Positions 9,013 to 19,531 are shown, counted from the first letter of the stretch. The stretch: DNA of 64,000 nt from Nitrososphaeria archaeon (GCA_050011875.1 JBEKIG010000012.1:1-64000), one strand, 5' to 3'. Translations and numbers: made by a program. Notes: generated by a model not told the origin, from the letters alone.

Positions 9013-9723
9013 CTACCATTTCCCCTTGGTAAGTTCGATGTCTACCCTGTTTAATGCGGTAAGAAGTAGCCCAGCCTCCTTCCTAGATATTGAACTCTTA
9101 CCAATTGTGTTCTTAAAAGCTTGTTCTATCATTCTTCTCTTGTAGTCAGGAAGGTTTGTTTTGGAAATTATGTGTTTAAACCTTTTTAAAAGGTTCTCTT
9201 TAGTATTCACGTCGATTGGGGAAGATAATGTTATTCGTCCTATGTTCTTATAGATCTCATAGAATATTATAGCCGCTGCAGTAGAAACGTTTAATGTAGA
9301 ATATAGAATATTTGCGGGAATTGTAATAACAGCGTCACAATAGTCTAGTTCTCTGTTTGATAATCCTCTACTTTCTCTTCCAAATAGTATTGCGATCTTT
9401 CCGTCTGTCGAGGAGATAAGGGATGCAAATTCTGAAGGTGTCATCGCATTTCTGGTTAAATTGGAAGGTCTCTTGGCAGGTATCGCTGTTGTGCCATATA
9501 GTAGGCTACATTCTTTCTTTAACTCTTTAAGGTTCTTTAGGATTTTTGCGTTTCCAAGTACATCTTGCGCGTGAGAAGCCATCTTTCTTGCGTTGGCTCC
9601 TATTTCATCTTTTGGGTTGATTAAATAGAGCTGCCTTAACTCAAAGTTCTTCATGCTTCTTGCTACCGCTCCTATATTGCCTTGATTTTCTGGTTCTATC
9701 ATTACAACAATGATTTCTGCCAT
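9013..9723 (-). CDS. trmJ: TrmJ-family tRNA 2'-O-methyltransferase
   Basis: GNIGAVARSMKNF, FGRESRGLSN, ITIPAN, LNVSTA. Confidence 0.88.
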   Translation of the reverse strand: MAEIIVVMIEPENQGNIGAVARSMKNFELRQLYLINPKDEIGANARKMASHAQDVLGNAKILKNLKELKKECSLLYGTTAIPAKRPSNLTRNAMTPSEFASLISSTDGKIAILFGRESRGLSNRELDYCDAVITIPANILYSTLNVSTAAAIIFYEIYKNIGRITLSSPIDVNTKENLLKRFKHIISKTNLPDYKRRMIEQAFKNTIGKSSISRKEAGLLLTALNRVDIELTKGKW

Positions 9724-9794
9724 ATCTGCGCTCGCTCCAACCTTTTATTCTAGATTTATCAAAACGATTTAAATATTAGTGTAGAACCGGGGAA

Positions 9795-10316
9795 GTGAAC
9801 GATATGCAGGGAAAGAATTATAGACATTCAGCAGGAATGGCCTACACTAGGAAGAAATATATCGGTGGGTGCCCTCAGTCTAAAGTTGCGAAGTTCTCTC
9901 AAGGAAAGGCCAGCGGTGACTATGATTTAGAGTTTCAGCTCGTATCATTGGTTAATGTTCAAATTAGACATAATGCTTTAGAAGCAGCTCGTGTTGCTGC
10001 GAACAAGAAGCTTTCAGACTTAGGCGAGACAAACTATTATTTACTTTTAAAAACTTATCCTCATGTTATTTTGAGAGAAAATAAGATGATTGCTACAGCT
10101 GGTGCAGATCGTCTTCAGGAAGGCATGAGAAGAGCTTTTGGTAAGCCTATCGGCTTGGCTGCTAGAGTCGGTATAGGGGGAGTAATAATGATCGTAAGAA
10201 TTAGTGACGTCAACAAGGAAAGAGCAAAAGAAGCGCTTAAGGTAGCTTCTTCTAAGTTGCCCATGACAACTAAGGTAAACATTGTTGAATTAAAGAAGGC
10301 GGCGGCTCCCGCATAA
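9795..10316 (+). CDS. rpl10e: Ribosomal protein uL16 (L10e)
   Basis: QIRHNALEAARV, LRENKMIATAGADRLQEGMRRAFGKP. Confidence 0.97.
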   Translation: MNDMQGKNYRHSAGMAYTRKKYIGGCPQSKVAKFSQGKASGDYDLEFQLVSLVNVQIRHNALEAARVAANKKLSDLGETNYYLLLKTYPHVILRENKMIATAGADRLQEGMRRAFGKPIGLAARVGIGGVIMIVRISDVNKERAKEALKVASSKLPMTTKVNIVELKKAAAPA

Positions 10317-10452
10317 GCGTTTTATATCTTCTTCCCTTCCTCCATTTTTATTAAATTACATGCAGCGATTGTAATTTCATCACCTACGACAACAATTTTT
10401 TCCACATTTGCGGTTTGTAACATTTTAAATTAAATCTTTTTTTATTTTATGT

Positions 10453-11667
10453 TTGCAAGATACAATGATGCTAGTAGGCGTTGTAGGTAAGACAAATGTT
10501 GGTAAGAGCACCTTCTTTAGCGCAGCAACTATGTTGAACGTACCCATAGGAAACTATCCTTTTACAACAATAAATCCTAATGTAGGATTAGCATATTTCA
10601 AGACTAAATGTGTATGTAAAGAACTAGGCGTTCAAGACCACCCTACGAATTCAGTATGCATAAACGGTATTAGACTCATTCCTGTCAAGCTTATGGATGT
10701 CGCTGGTCTTGTCCCTGGTGCCTCGTCCGGCCGAGGTTTGGGAAACAAGTTTCTCGACGACCTACGACAGGCTGATGCTTTAATTCATGTTGTTGATGCT
10801 TCTGGTTCAACAGACATCGAAGGGAGACCTATAACACCCGGTTTCCATGATCCTTTAGAAGATATACGCTTCGTTGAAAACGAGCTTGATTTATGGTTGT
10901 TAAATATTCTTAAGAAGGACTGGCCAAAAATCTTCAAATCTAGTGAATCCAACTTTGATTCCGGCGTGATCCAAATTCATCAGAAGCTGTCTGGGCTGTC
11001 TATACTCAAAGCTGACATTTTGACTGCCATTGAAGCCACAGGTCTAATGAATAAGAAACTTTCAACTTGGACTGAACAGAATCTCCTTGAATTAGTGAAG
11101 CATATTCGTAGGATCGCAAAGCCTACGACTATTGCAGCAAACAAAATAGATCTTTCTTCCGCTCCATTAAACTTTGAGAAGATAAAATCGACTGGAAGAT
11201 CGTGTATACCTTGTTCCGCCGAAGCTGAGCTCGTTTTAAGACGTGCAACTGATAAAAAGCTTATAGAATATCTTCCCGGTGACGGTTACTTTAAGGTTGT
11301 ATCTCAGCTCGGTGATCCACAAAAGAAAGCTTTGGAGCTGATAAAAGAAAAAGTGATGGATAAATGGGGTTCAACTGGCGTTCAGGAAACAATTAACTTC
11401 ACATTTAAAGAGCTTCTCGGGCTAATCACGGTATATCCGGTTGAAGATGAGCGTACTTTATCAGATAAGAAAGGCAACGTCTTACCAGAAGCGCATTTAA
11501 TCAAGAAAGGTTCTACGGCAAAGGATCTCGCTTATAAAATACACACGGATTTGGGGGAAGGCTTCCTTTACGCAATAGATGCAAGAAAGGGATTAAGGGT
11601 CAGCGCTGATCATGAGCTCCTTGATTGTGACGTCATAAAAATTGTTTCAGCTAAGGCTAGGGGCTAA
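10453..11667 (+). CDS. Obg-family YchF-like ATPase/GTPase with TGS domain
   Basis: [23 protein letters not shown]-terminal TGS. Confidence 0.93.
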   Translation: MQDTMMLVGVVGKTNVGKSTFFSAATMLNVPIGNYPFTTINPNVGLAYFKTKCVCKELGVQDHPTNSVCINGIRLIPVKLMDVAGLVPGASSGRGLGNKFLDDLRQADALIHVVDASGSTDIEGRPITPGFHDPLEDIRFVENELDLWLLNILKKDWPKIFKSSESNFDSGVIQIHQKLSGLSILKADILTAIEATGLMNKKLSTWTEQNLLELVKHIRRIAKPTTIAANKIDLSSAPLNFEKIKSTGRSCIPCSAEAELVLRRATDKKLIEYLPGDGYFKVVSQLGDPQKKALELIKEKVMDKWGSTGVQETINFTFKELLGLITVYPVEDERTLSDKKGNVLPEAHLIKKGSTAKDLAYKIHTDLGEGFLYAIDARKGLRVSADHELLDCDVIKIVSAKARG

Positions 11668-12276
11668 TTCTTTCTCTTCGTTCTTTTGATAACTTAACAC
11701 CTTGAGCTTTCTTATGCTCGTATATCGTATCTTAACTATCTTCTTTGAACCATCGAATATTTCAGAAGCCATCTTTCCTAAAACTGATTCCAGCACGAAT
11801 GGTCCAAAAGTAAGCTTATTTGCCTTCTCTTTCACTATATCATCAGCTATCTTCCTTATGGCTTTCTTCCTAGAAGCGTTTATCTTAGTTGAAGTATAAA
11901 TAATTCCAAAGACCCTGAGTTTCGCTCCATCTTTTGTTTCAATATTTTTATAGAAATCGACTATCGATGTTCCCTTTCTAATTAAACTCTTAAGGGTTTC
12001 TCTTGCCAGTTCAAACTGCTTGAAGTTTGTTTTTGCTGAGTTTCCTTGTACCTCTTTAACTTGAAACTTCAGCTTCATTGCATGTTGTTCTTCTTCCTCG
12101 CCTACCAAGTCATATAATGTTGTTTCTACTATTCTTCCAGCAGCAAGCTCTGTATCCATAATCGGGATCTGTGCTACCACTTTGTTCCCAAATATTGCTG
12201 GAGCTTCAACTTGAAGCCACGTCTTCTCCTTCCACTTATCCTTCACTTTAATCGCTTTTCTTGGCATTTTATTCAC
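11647..12276 (-). CDS. rps3ae: Ribosomal protein eS1 (S3Ae)
   Basis: KDKWKEKTW...AP...GRIVETTLYDL. Confidence 0.93.
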   Translation of the reverse strand: MNKMPRKAIKVKDKWKEKTWLQVEAPAIFGNKVVAQIPIMDTELAAGRIVETTLYDLVGEEEEQHAMKLKFQVKEVQGNSAKTNFKQFELARETLKSLIRKGTSIVDFYKNIETKDGAKLRVFGIIYTSTKINASRKKAIRKIADDIVKEKANKLTFGPFVLESVLGKMASEIFDGSKKIVKIRYTSIRKLKVLSYQKNEEKELAPSLS

Positions 12277-13792
12277 CTAAGACTTCTTGATATTTTTCTC
12301 TTACCGAATCTGGCCAATCTTCCTCTTTAAAACCTTTTTCTGCAAGGAATGCAGCAACCCATCTGGATAAACCCAAGCCAGTGCATCCAGTCCATATTTC
12401 AACATTATCTTCACTTTTTATTTTAAAGGATTCAATAAACTTCTTTTTGTGAACAAAGCAGCCTGCCACCTCGAGCCATTCAGACTTCTCCCTTGGCCCC
12501 CTATATGGTAGGTATATCTCTATGTCATATGCCGGGACTTCTATACTGTTATTGGGATTAAATTTAGCTGAAGATTCCTTGACATAGAATGGGGTTGCTG
12601 CTGTTATTCTCCATTCCAAATCTAATACTTTATCAGCAACATATGTCCCTCTTTCCACTATTTTATCCCTTATCTCAACTATTTGTTCTGGTAGGCCAAC
12701 ATAGGTCAGCTCTATTCGCTGAAATTCTGTAACACGGACTAGACCTTCTACACCTCCGCCTTCCCATCTGTAGGTATATCCTGAAGCATCATAGTACTTT
12801 AGCGGATAAGAAGAAGAATTGTGCCTCGCGACGCTGTAATATTGCCAGAAAGGTTCACATTGTGCCGGAGCTAACACATAAGCTGGATCTCTTAAGACCT
12901 TCTTCAGTTCTTCTATCGGAATTTCTTTTGTGATTTTATACTCTTGCTTAAAGTTATCAAACGCCTCTGGCTCCCTCGGCGGCGGTGAAACATAGAACAT
13001 TCCTTCTGGTATGCTGTCAAAATATCCGGGCATCTTCTTCATAACCTCAAATGGAATCAATTTTGGCAGAAGAAAAGGTTTGAATTTAAGCTCCTTTTCG
13101 ATATCTTTAATCAAAATTGACTTGATTGTCTCAAAGAGTGCGCTATACTTGCTTGTGTAAATAAACTGGCCTCTACCAGGAAAGTTAACAATCCAACCTA
13201 ACTCTAGTCCTGAAATAAGGGGGTCGCCAGAAAATTTCATTTTCTTTTTCTCTGAAGTTTTAACTATAGGCTGCGTCTGTTCGTATGAGGCATGTTTTTC
13301 TCTAGTTACTTCTTCCACTAAGGTTATCAGGCGGTCCACAAGATTTTCTCTGAGATCTGTCTCTTCTAGTGGTTGCAGTTCGATTATCGTTTTCTCTTTA
13401 TCTGAAAGCGCAGCTGAAACTTTGGGGATGGATTTTATTTTGTTTATTGATACATCATCCATTTTCTGGTCGAGAATGATTTCAAATTTCTTTGTCCCCG
13501 TATCCCTAATCCCTATTCTAAGTTTTTCTCCAAGATTCTTGGCGAAGACCTTTTTAAGCCTAAGCATACCTACATGTGCTCTTACGAGGTTTCCTGATGT
13601 AAGATTAACATTCAAAATATTTCCATTAACATCCCAATCGTTCAAATAGCATGCGTTATCAGGATCTCTTTCTGATCCCTTAAGCAAAGCTAACTTGGCT
13701 TCTTCTACACTTTCTTCTATAACCTTGTTAATATCCTTCTGTGCTTTGCTAAGAATAAAATATCCCTCGACGTTAATTCTTATTTTTACCAT
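12269..13792 (-). CDS. serS: Seryl-tRNA synthetase, methanogen (type 2, Zn-dependent) form
   Basis: SGNLVRAHVGMLRLKK N-domain, LAPAQCEPF, YRWEGGG...EFQRIE, IWTGCTGLGLSRW. Confidence 0.88.
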   Translation of the reverse strand: MVKIRINVEGYFILSKAQKDINKVIEESVEEAKLALLKGSERDPDNACYLNDWDVNGNILNVNLTSGNLVRAHVGMLRLKKVFAKNLGEKLRIGIRDTGTKKFEIILDQKMDDVSINKIKSIPKVSAALSDKEKTIIELQPLEETDLRENLVDRLITLVEEVTREKHASYEQTQPIVKTSEKKKMKFSGDPLISGLELGWIVNFPGRGQFIYTSKYSALFETIKSILIKDIEKELKFKPFLLPKLIPFEVMKKMPGYFDSIPEGMFYVSPPPREPEAFDNFKQEYKITKEIPIEELKKVLRDPAYVLAPAQCEPFWQYYSVARHNSSSYPLKYYDASGYTYRWEGGGVEGLVRVTEFQRIELTYVGLPEQIVEIRDKIVERGTYVADKVLDLEWRITAATPFYVKESSAKFNPNNSIEVPAYDIEIYLPYRGPREKSEWLEVAGCFVHKKKFIESFKIKSEDNVEIWTGCTGLGLSRWVAAFLAEKGFKEEDWPDSVREKYQEVLGE

Positions 13793-14039
13793 CGTTGCCC
13801 ACCATTAAAGCTTGTACACATAAACCTATGCTATCGAGAACCTCACGAACAGTGGATATTAATGTTTCGTAACCTTCTTCAGAGGACACTATTAACACTA
13901 TCTTGTTTCCTATAAAATCAAAGTTGAAAGACACTTCCTTTGGAACGTTCACATTATCCGGTTTTAAAGCATTAAAGATGGCTGAGACGATCTTCTTATT
14001 TTCTGACTCAAATGTTAGGTTTAAGGTTATTCTATTCAT
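13773..14039 (-). CDS. pcc1: KEOPS subunit Pcc1
   Basis: ALKPDNV motif, size, rps15-recJ-pcc1-serS synteny. Confidence 0.75.
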   Translation of the reverse strand: MNRITLNLTFESENKKIVSAIFNALKPDNVNVPKEVSFNFDFIGNKIVLIVSSEEGYETLISTVREVLDSIGLCVQALMVGNDGKNKN

Positions 14040-15438
14040 CGCCTACCTTTTTAGCAATTTCTGCAATAAACTTTTCATATTGCTCCAAAGGTATTTTTGC
14101 TCCTGCGGCTGCTGCATGTCCTCCTCCTGTTCCCCCTATCTCTTTGACAACTTCCCTTATCACTAGACCTAGGTTAAGATCTTTGTTCGCTTCTCCTCTT
14201 CGAGCTGAAATCTTTAGGTCGTTCTCTTTTGTCTTTGTGCGTAAGATTATTATTTTCTCTTTAAATGCAAGTGAGCTTGAAAGAATTGAGGAGACCGCTC
14301 CGAGCATCTTTTCGTCCACTAGATCGTCGCCGATTACCTGTACGATTCTCTTTCCACTTTGCATTCGTTTAGGATCTGTGTTTATGACTTGGAGGTACTG
14401 TGTCAGCATTCTTCTGTAATCTTGGAGTATCTTCTCTCCTCCAGAATACGCTTCATTTCTGTCTCCTAAGCATATTAGAATTCCTGAGCCAGCTTTACCG
14501 CTTCGGCCACACGCATTGAGAAGTGAACTAAACTCTCTCGCATCTCTTAGATTTGACCTCTCCTCCTCCTTAAGCATTGTGTAAACATTACCGAAAAGTT
14601 CCTCGACGACATCGCTTTTAGCCCCTCCTTTAGTTATGTAAGGGATGAATATCTCTATTAGCTTCATCTTTTCTTCATAAGAGAGCTCAGAGAGCGTTCT
14701 CCATCTTTCGCCCTCTTTTACTTTGAAGTTGGCAGAAACAAGAGCTGCTAAGCATGCATCATAATTTCCAGTTAATAAGGGTATAAACGGTATATTGGTA
14801 GACGCTATTGCTTCATGGATGGGTTTCGTTTCCCGTCCATAGAATATGAGATCCTTTTCTTCTTTTATTAACCCTATGTCCTTCGCGTCCTTTAAGGGAA
14901 CTTTTTGATTTATTCCTATCAGGCTTTTTGATGGCCCTTGATCTTGTCTATCTCCAAGTGCTCCTACAACTGATATCGCTGAAAGCTCTCTGTTAGAACT
15001 GTTCATTTTCTTGGCTACGACATAGGCGACCCCTGAGCCGGAGATTTCAGTTCCCCCATCTACTCCAAATTCATGGGGGTTTAGAACTCTAGCATGCTCT
15101 ATCTCATCCTTAGAACTTTGATGGTGGTCAAGGATCGTCCACCTGTCATCAAGTTCTTTATCGAAAATGCTGACGTATCCCATTCCGATATCTGTGAAAA
15201 TATAAAAGTCATATTCTTGCCTTTTTAGATTAAAGATAGCATTTGGGCTGAGATCATTGACAGCTCTTATGACGGCTTTCCCATCTTCTTTGAATATACT
15301 TTTTCCAATAATGCTTCCTGCCGTTAAACCATCTGCATCAAGATGGCATATAACAATTATCTGTTTTCTTGCGTCAATAGCTCCTTCGATGAATTCAGAA
15401 ATAACTTCTGCTTTTTCTCTGAATTCTTTAAGCCCCAT
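14032..15438 (-). CDS. RecJ/GAN-like DHH exonuclease
   Basis: HLDADG, FTDIG, LDHH, GGGHAAAAGA. Confidence 0.9.
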   Translation of the reverse strand: MGLKEFREKAEVISEFIEGAIDARKQIIVICHLDADGLTAGSIIGKSIFKEDGKAVIRAVNDLSPNAIFNLKRQEYDFYIFTDIGMGYVSIFDKELDDRWTILDHHQSSKDEIEHARVLNPHEFGVDGGTEISGSGVAYVVAKKMNSSNRELSAISVVGALGDRQDQGPSKSLIGINQKVPLKDAKDIGLIKEEKDLIFYGRETKPIHEAIASTNIPFIPLLTGNYDACLAALVSANFKVKEGERWRTLSELSYEEKMKLIEIFIPYITKGGAKSDVVEELFGNVYTMLKEEERSNLRDAREFSSLLNACGRSGKAGSGILICLGDRNEAYSGGEKILQDYRRMLTQYLQVINTDPKRMQSGKRIVQVIGDDLVDEKMLGAVSSILSSSLAFKEKIIILRTKTKENDLKISARRGEANKDLNLGLVIREVVKEIGGTGGGHAAAAGAKIPLEQYEKFIAEIAKKVGDE

Positions 15439-15448
15439 ATATTTGGCC

Positions 15449-15910
15449 TTATTCGAGTTGAGCTATTATAGTTTTATATCTCCAACTTTTTTCTAGTAGT
15501 CCTTTTTCTTTGTAGTATTTTGAAAGTCTGTGTATTCTAGCTTCTGCAAGTTCCAGTGACCTAACATTATTTCCATCTTTTTTGTGCGTTTTAAGATGCT
15601 CCTGCAATTTCATAGCCTTCCTGATTAGATTTTCTAGATCAGGGGGCATTTTAGGTATAAAATTATTTTCTTTTAAAATCTCTGTTATAGTCTTTCCTGT
15701 TATTTGTTTCTGGAGAGGTATACCATATTCATCCCTTAGCTTGATCCCTATCTTACTAGGTTCTATTTCATCAGTAGCCATTTTAATTATCAAAGAAGCT
15801 ACTTCTTCAGGCGTGTATGTGACCCATTGGGGACTAAGTTTGTAAACTGGTCTAGTAGAATGTGATTTTCCCCTTTTATGGGAATATTGTCTTGTCATGT
15901 GCGAACACAC
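15449..15910 (-). CDS. rps15: Ribosomal protein uS15
   Basis: GKSHSTRP, IGIKLRDEYGIP, EARIHRLSKYYK. True start probably the second Met (15898). Confidence 0.95.
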   Translation of the reverse strand: MCSHMTRQYSHKRGKSHSTRPVYKLSPQWVTYTPEEVASLIIKMATDEIEPSKIGIKLRDEYGIPLQKQITGKTITEILKENNFIPKMPPDLENLIRKAMKLQEHLKTHKKDGNNVRSLELAEARIHRLSKYYKEKGLLEKSWRYKTIIAQLE

Positions 15911-15926
15911 TCTCTACTTCTATGCT

Positions 15927-16496
15927 TTAAATATATTTTGTCTTTTGTAACCATTCTCCTAGTGCCCTGAATGCTTTTCCTCGGTGTGAGAGTTGATTTT
16001 TCTCAAATAAACTCATTTGAGCGAAAGTCTTTACATTTCCTTCCGGAATAAATATTGGATCGAACCCGAATCCTGATTTCCCAACTTTAATGTTTGATAT
16101 TGCCCCAACTGTTTTTTCTTTAAAGAGCATTTTTCTTCCCTTATATTTGTAGCCTACTACCGAAATAAATTCCGCTTTTCTGACTTGTTCATTTGCAATT
16201 AGACTCAAAATTCCATCACATCCGATTTTTTTGAAGACAAAAGAAGAGTAGGGTCCTGGAAAGCCATTTAACTTGTCGATAAACAGGCCTGAATCTTCGA
16301 TGACAACAATTCTATTCTGTTTTTTGATTTGCTTAAGAGCATAGGCGACTATTTCTTCAAGTTTTTCAGCCTGCAATTCTACTTTTTCAGTGTACACCGG
16401 TTCTACTTTTATCCCAAATTTTGAAAGTATCTGTCTTGCCTCATAAATTTTATTTTTGTTTTTTGTTGCAAAAAATATTTTAATCAGGGGCTGCAT
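15927..16496 (-). CDS. dITP/XTP pyrophosphatase (RdgB/HAM1)
   Basis: ATKNKNK, EDSGL, GFPGPYS, GFGFDPIF, SHRGKA. Confidence 0.94.
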   Translation of the reverse strand: MQPLIKIFFATKNKNKIYEARQILSKFGIKVEPVYTEKVELQAEKLEEIVAYALKQIKKQNRIVVIEDSGLFIDKLNGFPGPYSSFVFKKIGCDGILSLIANEQVRKAEFISVVGYKYKGRKMLFKEKTVGAISNIKVGKSGFGFDPIFIPEGNVKTFAQMSLFEKNQLSHRGKAFRALGEWLQKTKYI

Positions 16497-17106
16497 ATCT
16501 TCCTCTCCTCTCGATTTCTTTAACGTTCTCTAGAATTCCTTTAAGCGACGTGAACACACTACCATATCCCGTTAAAATTTTTTCGTATCCAGTTTCATAA
16601 AATTCTGAATGCGCGCTTTTCATGACCTGTTTTAACAGATGCAGGTCAACCGCCTTGTCTTCAAGCCTTAGGGAATGAAAAGCAAGTCCAAAGTCTATGA
16701 AATAGAGTTTATCTTCCCTAACAATAAAGTTTGAAGTTGTTGGATCACCGTGTATAACATTATGGGCATGCATACGCGCAAGGTCCTTCCCTACCTCGTA
16801 GAGCATGTTGTACCCTTTTTGAGTGTCCTTCTTTAGCAGGTCTTTAACCCTTTCACCATTTATGTATTCCATAATTATCTCTCCCTTAAAAGGGTCCACA
16901 AAATAAATAGTGGGCGCTAGAACGCCATACTTCTTAACGGTGGAGATGAACTCCGCTTCCCTTATTGTTCTAACTCTTCTTATCTTCTTGTCTAATTCCT
17001 CTCTCCAATAAGGTTTACGTCTTCTCACCTTTCTAATTACTTCTGATCCACCCCAGTGGTCAAGGTATATGTTAGCTTCAGCACCCATCCTAACTAGTCT
17101 CTCCAA
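16480..17106 (-). CDS. bud32: KEOPS kinase Bud32
   Basis: GAEA, HGDPTTSN, IDFGL, DKAVDL. Confidence 0.94.
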   Translation of the reverse strand: MERLVRMGAEANIYLDHWGGSEVIRKVRRRKPYWREELDKKIRRVRTIREAEFISTVKKYGVLAPTIYFVDPFKGEIIMEYINGERVKDLLKKDTQKGYNMLYEVGKDLARMHAHNVIHGDPTTSNFIVREDKLYFIDFGLAFHSLRLEDKAVDLHLLKQVMKSAHSEFYETGYEKILTGYGSVFTSLKGILENVKEIERRGRYAAPD

Positions 17107-18089
17107 GTTACATCAACCTCATCTATCCTCCATGACTGTCTTACTTGACTCCTGTCAATACTTATCAAATTGTTAGATCGATATTGCAGTAGCCCTACTA
17201 ACGAAATCTGGGCTCCACAATCACCGCTAAATTCCTTTGGTATTGCTGAGAAACTTGAGCTGTGTACTTCACTCAAACCTTTTATCATATCTTGGAGCCT
17301 TCTGTTTGCAGCGACCCCACCGGTTAATATTATCTCATTCTTTTCTGAGAACGCAAGTAGCCTTTCGGTTACCTCTGTTAGCATTGCAAAAGCTGTTTCT
17401 TGAACTGAGAAGCAAACATCTTCTATCCGGCTTCCTTTCTTGATCAAATTTTTTGCGTATGTTAATAGACCGGAATAAGAAACATCGTTGCCCTTAACCG
17501 TATACGGCATTTCTAAGTAGTTCTTACTTTGGCTCGCTAAAACCTCAATACGCTTTCCTGCCGGGGAATTATAACCAAGCTCGCGTCCGAGTTGATCAAA
17601 TAACTGCCCTAAAGTGATATCTAACGTTTCTCCAAATATCCTCCATCTTTTTACTAGGTACGTTGAAACTAGCGTGTGTCCTCCTGAAACCAAGACTATT
17701 ACAGGATCTTTTGATTCCGCAAAGAAGTTCGCCAATTCAATGTGCCCTATCGCGTGATTGACAGCTGTCAAAGGTTTATCATAGTAGGCGGCAAGGCTTC
17801 TCGCCACGACCGCTCCTACTCTTAGACATGGGCCTAAGCCTGGCCCTGCTGAATATGCTATGACGTCTACATCTTCTACACGTTTTCCACTCTTATCAAG
17901 TGCGTTCTGTAAGACCCTTCTAGCTACCCTAACATGGTGTTGTGCTGCTTCATATGGATGAATTCCTTGGCCCATGGGGGGGACATAGGTATCCTTTTCA
18001 TTCGAAATTATTCTGTCATTCGATATTATTGCCACTGAAAAGGTGTGGGCCGTAGACTCTATACCAAGACAGATTTGTTCTTTTTCCAT
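17094..18089 (-). CDS. kae1: t6A synthase Kae1
   Basis: LGIESTAHT, GPGLGPCL, NHAIGHIE, VSGGHT. Confidence 0.96.
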   Translation of the reverse strand: MEKEQICLGIESTAHTFSVAIISNDRIISNEKDTYVPPMGQGIHPYEAAQHHVRVARRVLQNALDKSGKRVEDVDVIAYSAGPGLGPCLRVGAVVARSLAAYYDKPLTAVNHAIGHIELANFFAESKDPVIVLVSGGHTLVSTYLVKRWRIFGETLDITLGQLFDQLGRELGYNSPAGKRIEVLASQSKNYLEMPYTVKGNDVSYSGLLTYAKNLIKKGSRIEDVCFSVQETAFAMLTEVTERLLAFSEKNEIILTGGVAANRRLQDMIKGLSEVHSSSFSAIPKEFSGDCGAQISLVGLLQYRSNNLISIDRSQVRQSWRIDEVDVTWRD

Positions 18090-18121
18090 TTGTTCATTTT
18101 GGGTTAAAAATTTATTTATTT

Positions 18122-18610
18122 ATGTTTATAGTAATCAGCGAATTAAAGATGGGACAGAAGCATAAAAATATGGTGATTTTGGAAATGTCGTTTAGTGTTC
18201 ACGCTACAGAAGATGAGAAGAAACTTTTGGGTATTTTGAAAAATAATTTTGGTATTGAAGAATCTGCCTTTTTTAAAACAGTTTTTGAAGGATATCACGG
18301 TAATCCCATTTCCAAATATAATGCTACAATAACAGATGCCTTGGCACAGGACATTTTTAAAATAATTTTTAAAAAGCTGTCCTCTAACGATAAAAAAAAG
18401 TTGTTAGAAGATATCTCTCAGAATATTGATTCAACAAAGGCTCTGTACGTGAGGTTGGACAAATCAAGTCTCTTTGAGGATCGATTTAGAATTAATGGGT
18501 CTAACATCTTCCATTTCAAATTTAAGCCTAGGGTGAAATATTTAACGGAGGCGTCGGATTTTTACAAGAAATTAATTTTGGACTCTGACGATGCAAAGGG
18601 AAAAGTTTAA
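18122..18610 (+). CDS. Predicted RNA-binding exosome-associated protein (COG1325-like)
   Basis: VHATEDEKK, GYHGNPI, LYVRLDK; heads the exosome superoperon. Confidence 0.82.
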   Translation: MFIVISELKMGQKHKNMVILEMSFSVHATEDEKKLLGILKNNFGIEESAFFKTVFEGYHGNPISKYNATITDALAQDIFKIIFKKLSSNDKKKLLEDISQNIDSTKALYVRLDKSSLFEDRFRINGSNIFHFKFKPRVKYLTEASDFYKKLILDSDDAKGKV

Positions 18611-18634
18611 ATTGTTATCACGTCTATTAAAGAC

Positions 18635-18705
18635 TTGGGATGAAGTGCAAGCCGTCCCAGACTGAGCCTTGAAGGCATTGAAGAATTTACAACTACACTG
18701 ACCAA
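18635..18705 (+). ncRNA. Probable box C/D sRNA
   Basis: TTGG/CCAA terminal stem, C-like ATGAAGT (18640-46), D' CTGA (18662-65), C' TTGAAGA (18678-84), D CTGA (18698-701). TTTAAA at 18606-11. Confidence 0.65.
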
Positions 18706-18799
18706 AATATTTTCTTCATTTTGATTGGATGGTTAAAATAAAAAGGTTTAAACATACGTTTTAGAAGACTACTGTTTAGAAAAAAAGAGGTGTAGGAAT

Positions 18800-19531
18800 A
18801 TTTTCGGACCTTCGGCAGGCTACGATCGGGCGTTAACAATATTTTCGCCTGATGGACGCCTATATCAAGTGGAATATGCTTTAGAGACGGTTAGGAGAGG
18901 TACAATAGCTTTAGGCTTGCGTGGAGTTGATGGCGTAATATTAGCTGTGGAAGAAAGAACACGCAAACTTCAAACTCCAACTCTTTCACAAAAGATTTTT
19001 CAAGTAGACGATCATGTGGGAGTTGCCGCAGCCGGATACGTACCAGACGCAAGGGTTTTAGTGGATAAAGCACGAGTCTTCTCTCAATCTAATCGTCTTC
19101 TTTACGACGAATCTGTTGACGTTGAATCAGTAGCTAAGTATCTAGGTGACTTAACGCAGGAATTCACGCAATACGCGGGTGTTCGCCCTTTCGGTGTTTC
19201 ACTAATAATAGCTGGAGTTGATAGAAGAGGCCCCTCTGTTTTTCTAGTTGACCCCAGTGGAAGCTACCTACAATACGAAGCTGTATCCATAGGAGCTGGC
19301 TCTGACCAAGTAACCCAATTTCTCGAAACCAACTTTAACACCTCGATGTCCATTGAAGAATTGGCGGTTCTGGCTGTTAAATCGATTTATTTAGTGAGCG
19401 AGGATAAGGCAAGCGTCAGTCACATAAGGATAGCTTCTATAGATAATAAAACTAAGAAACTTAGGAGATATACGGAGGAAGAAGTTATGAAGTTTGCAGC
19501 AATGGCCAAGGAAAAATTCAATCCTCCATAA
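18800..19531 (+). CDS. psmA: Proteasome alpha subunit (probable ATT start)
   Basis: Conserved FGPSAGYDRALTIFSPDGRLYQVEYA lies upstream of the ORF-track start (18869). GAGGTG SD at 18787-92. Confidence 0.93.
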   Translation: MFGPSAGYDRALTIFSPDGRLYQVEYALETVRRGTIALGLRGVDGVILAVEERTRKLQTPTLSQKIFQVDDHVGVAAAGYVPDARVLVDKARVFSQSNRLLYDESVDVESVAKYLGDLTQEFTQYAGVRPFGVSLIIAGVDRRGPSVFLVDPSGSYLQYEAVSIGAGSDQVTQFLETNFNTSMSIEELAVLAVKSIYLVSEDKASVSHIRIASIDNKTKKLRRYTEEEVMKFAAMAKEKFNPP

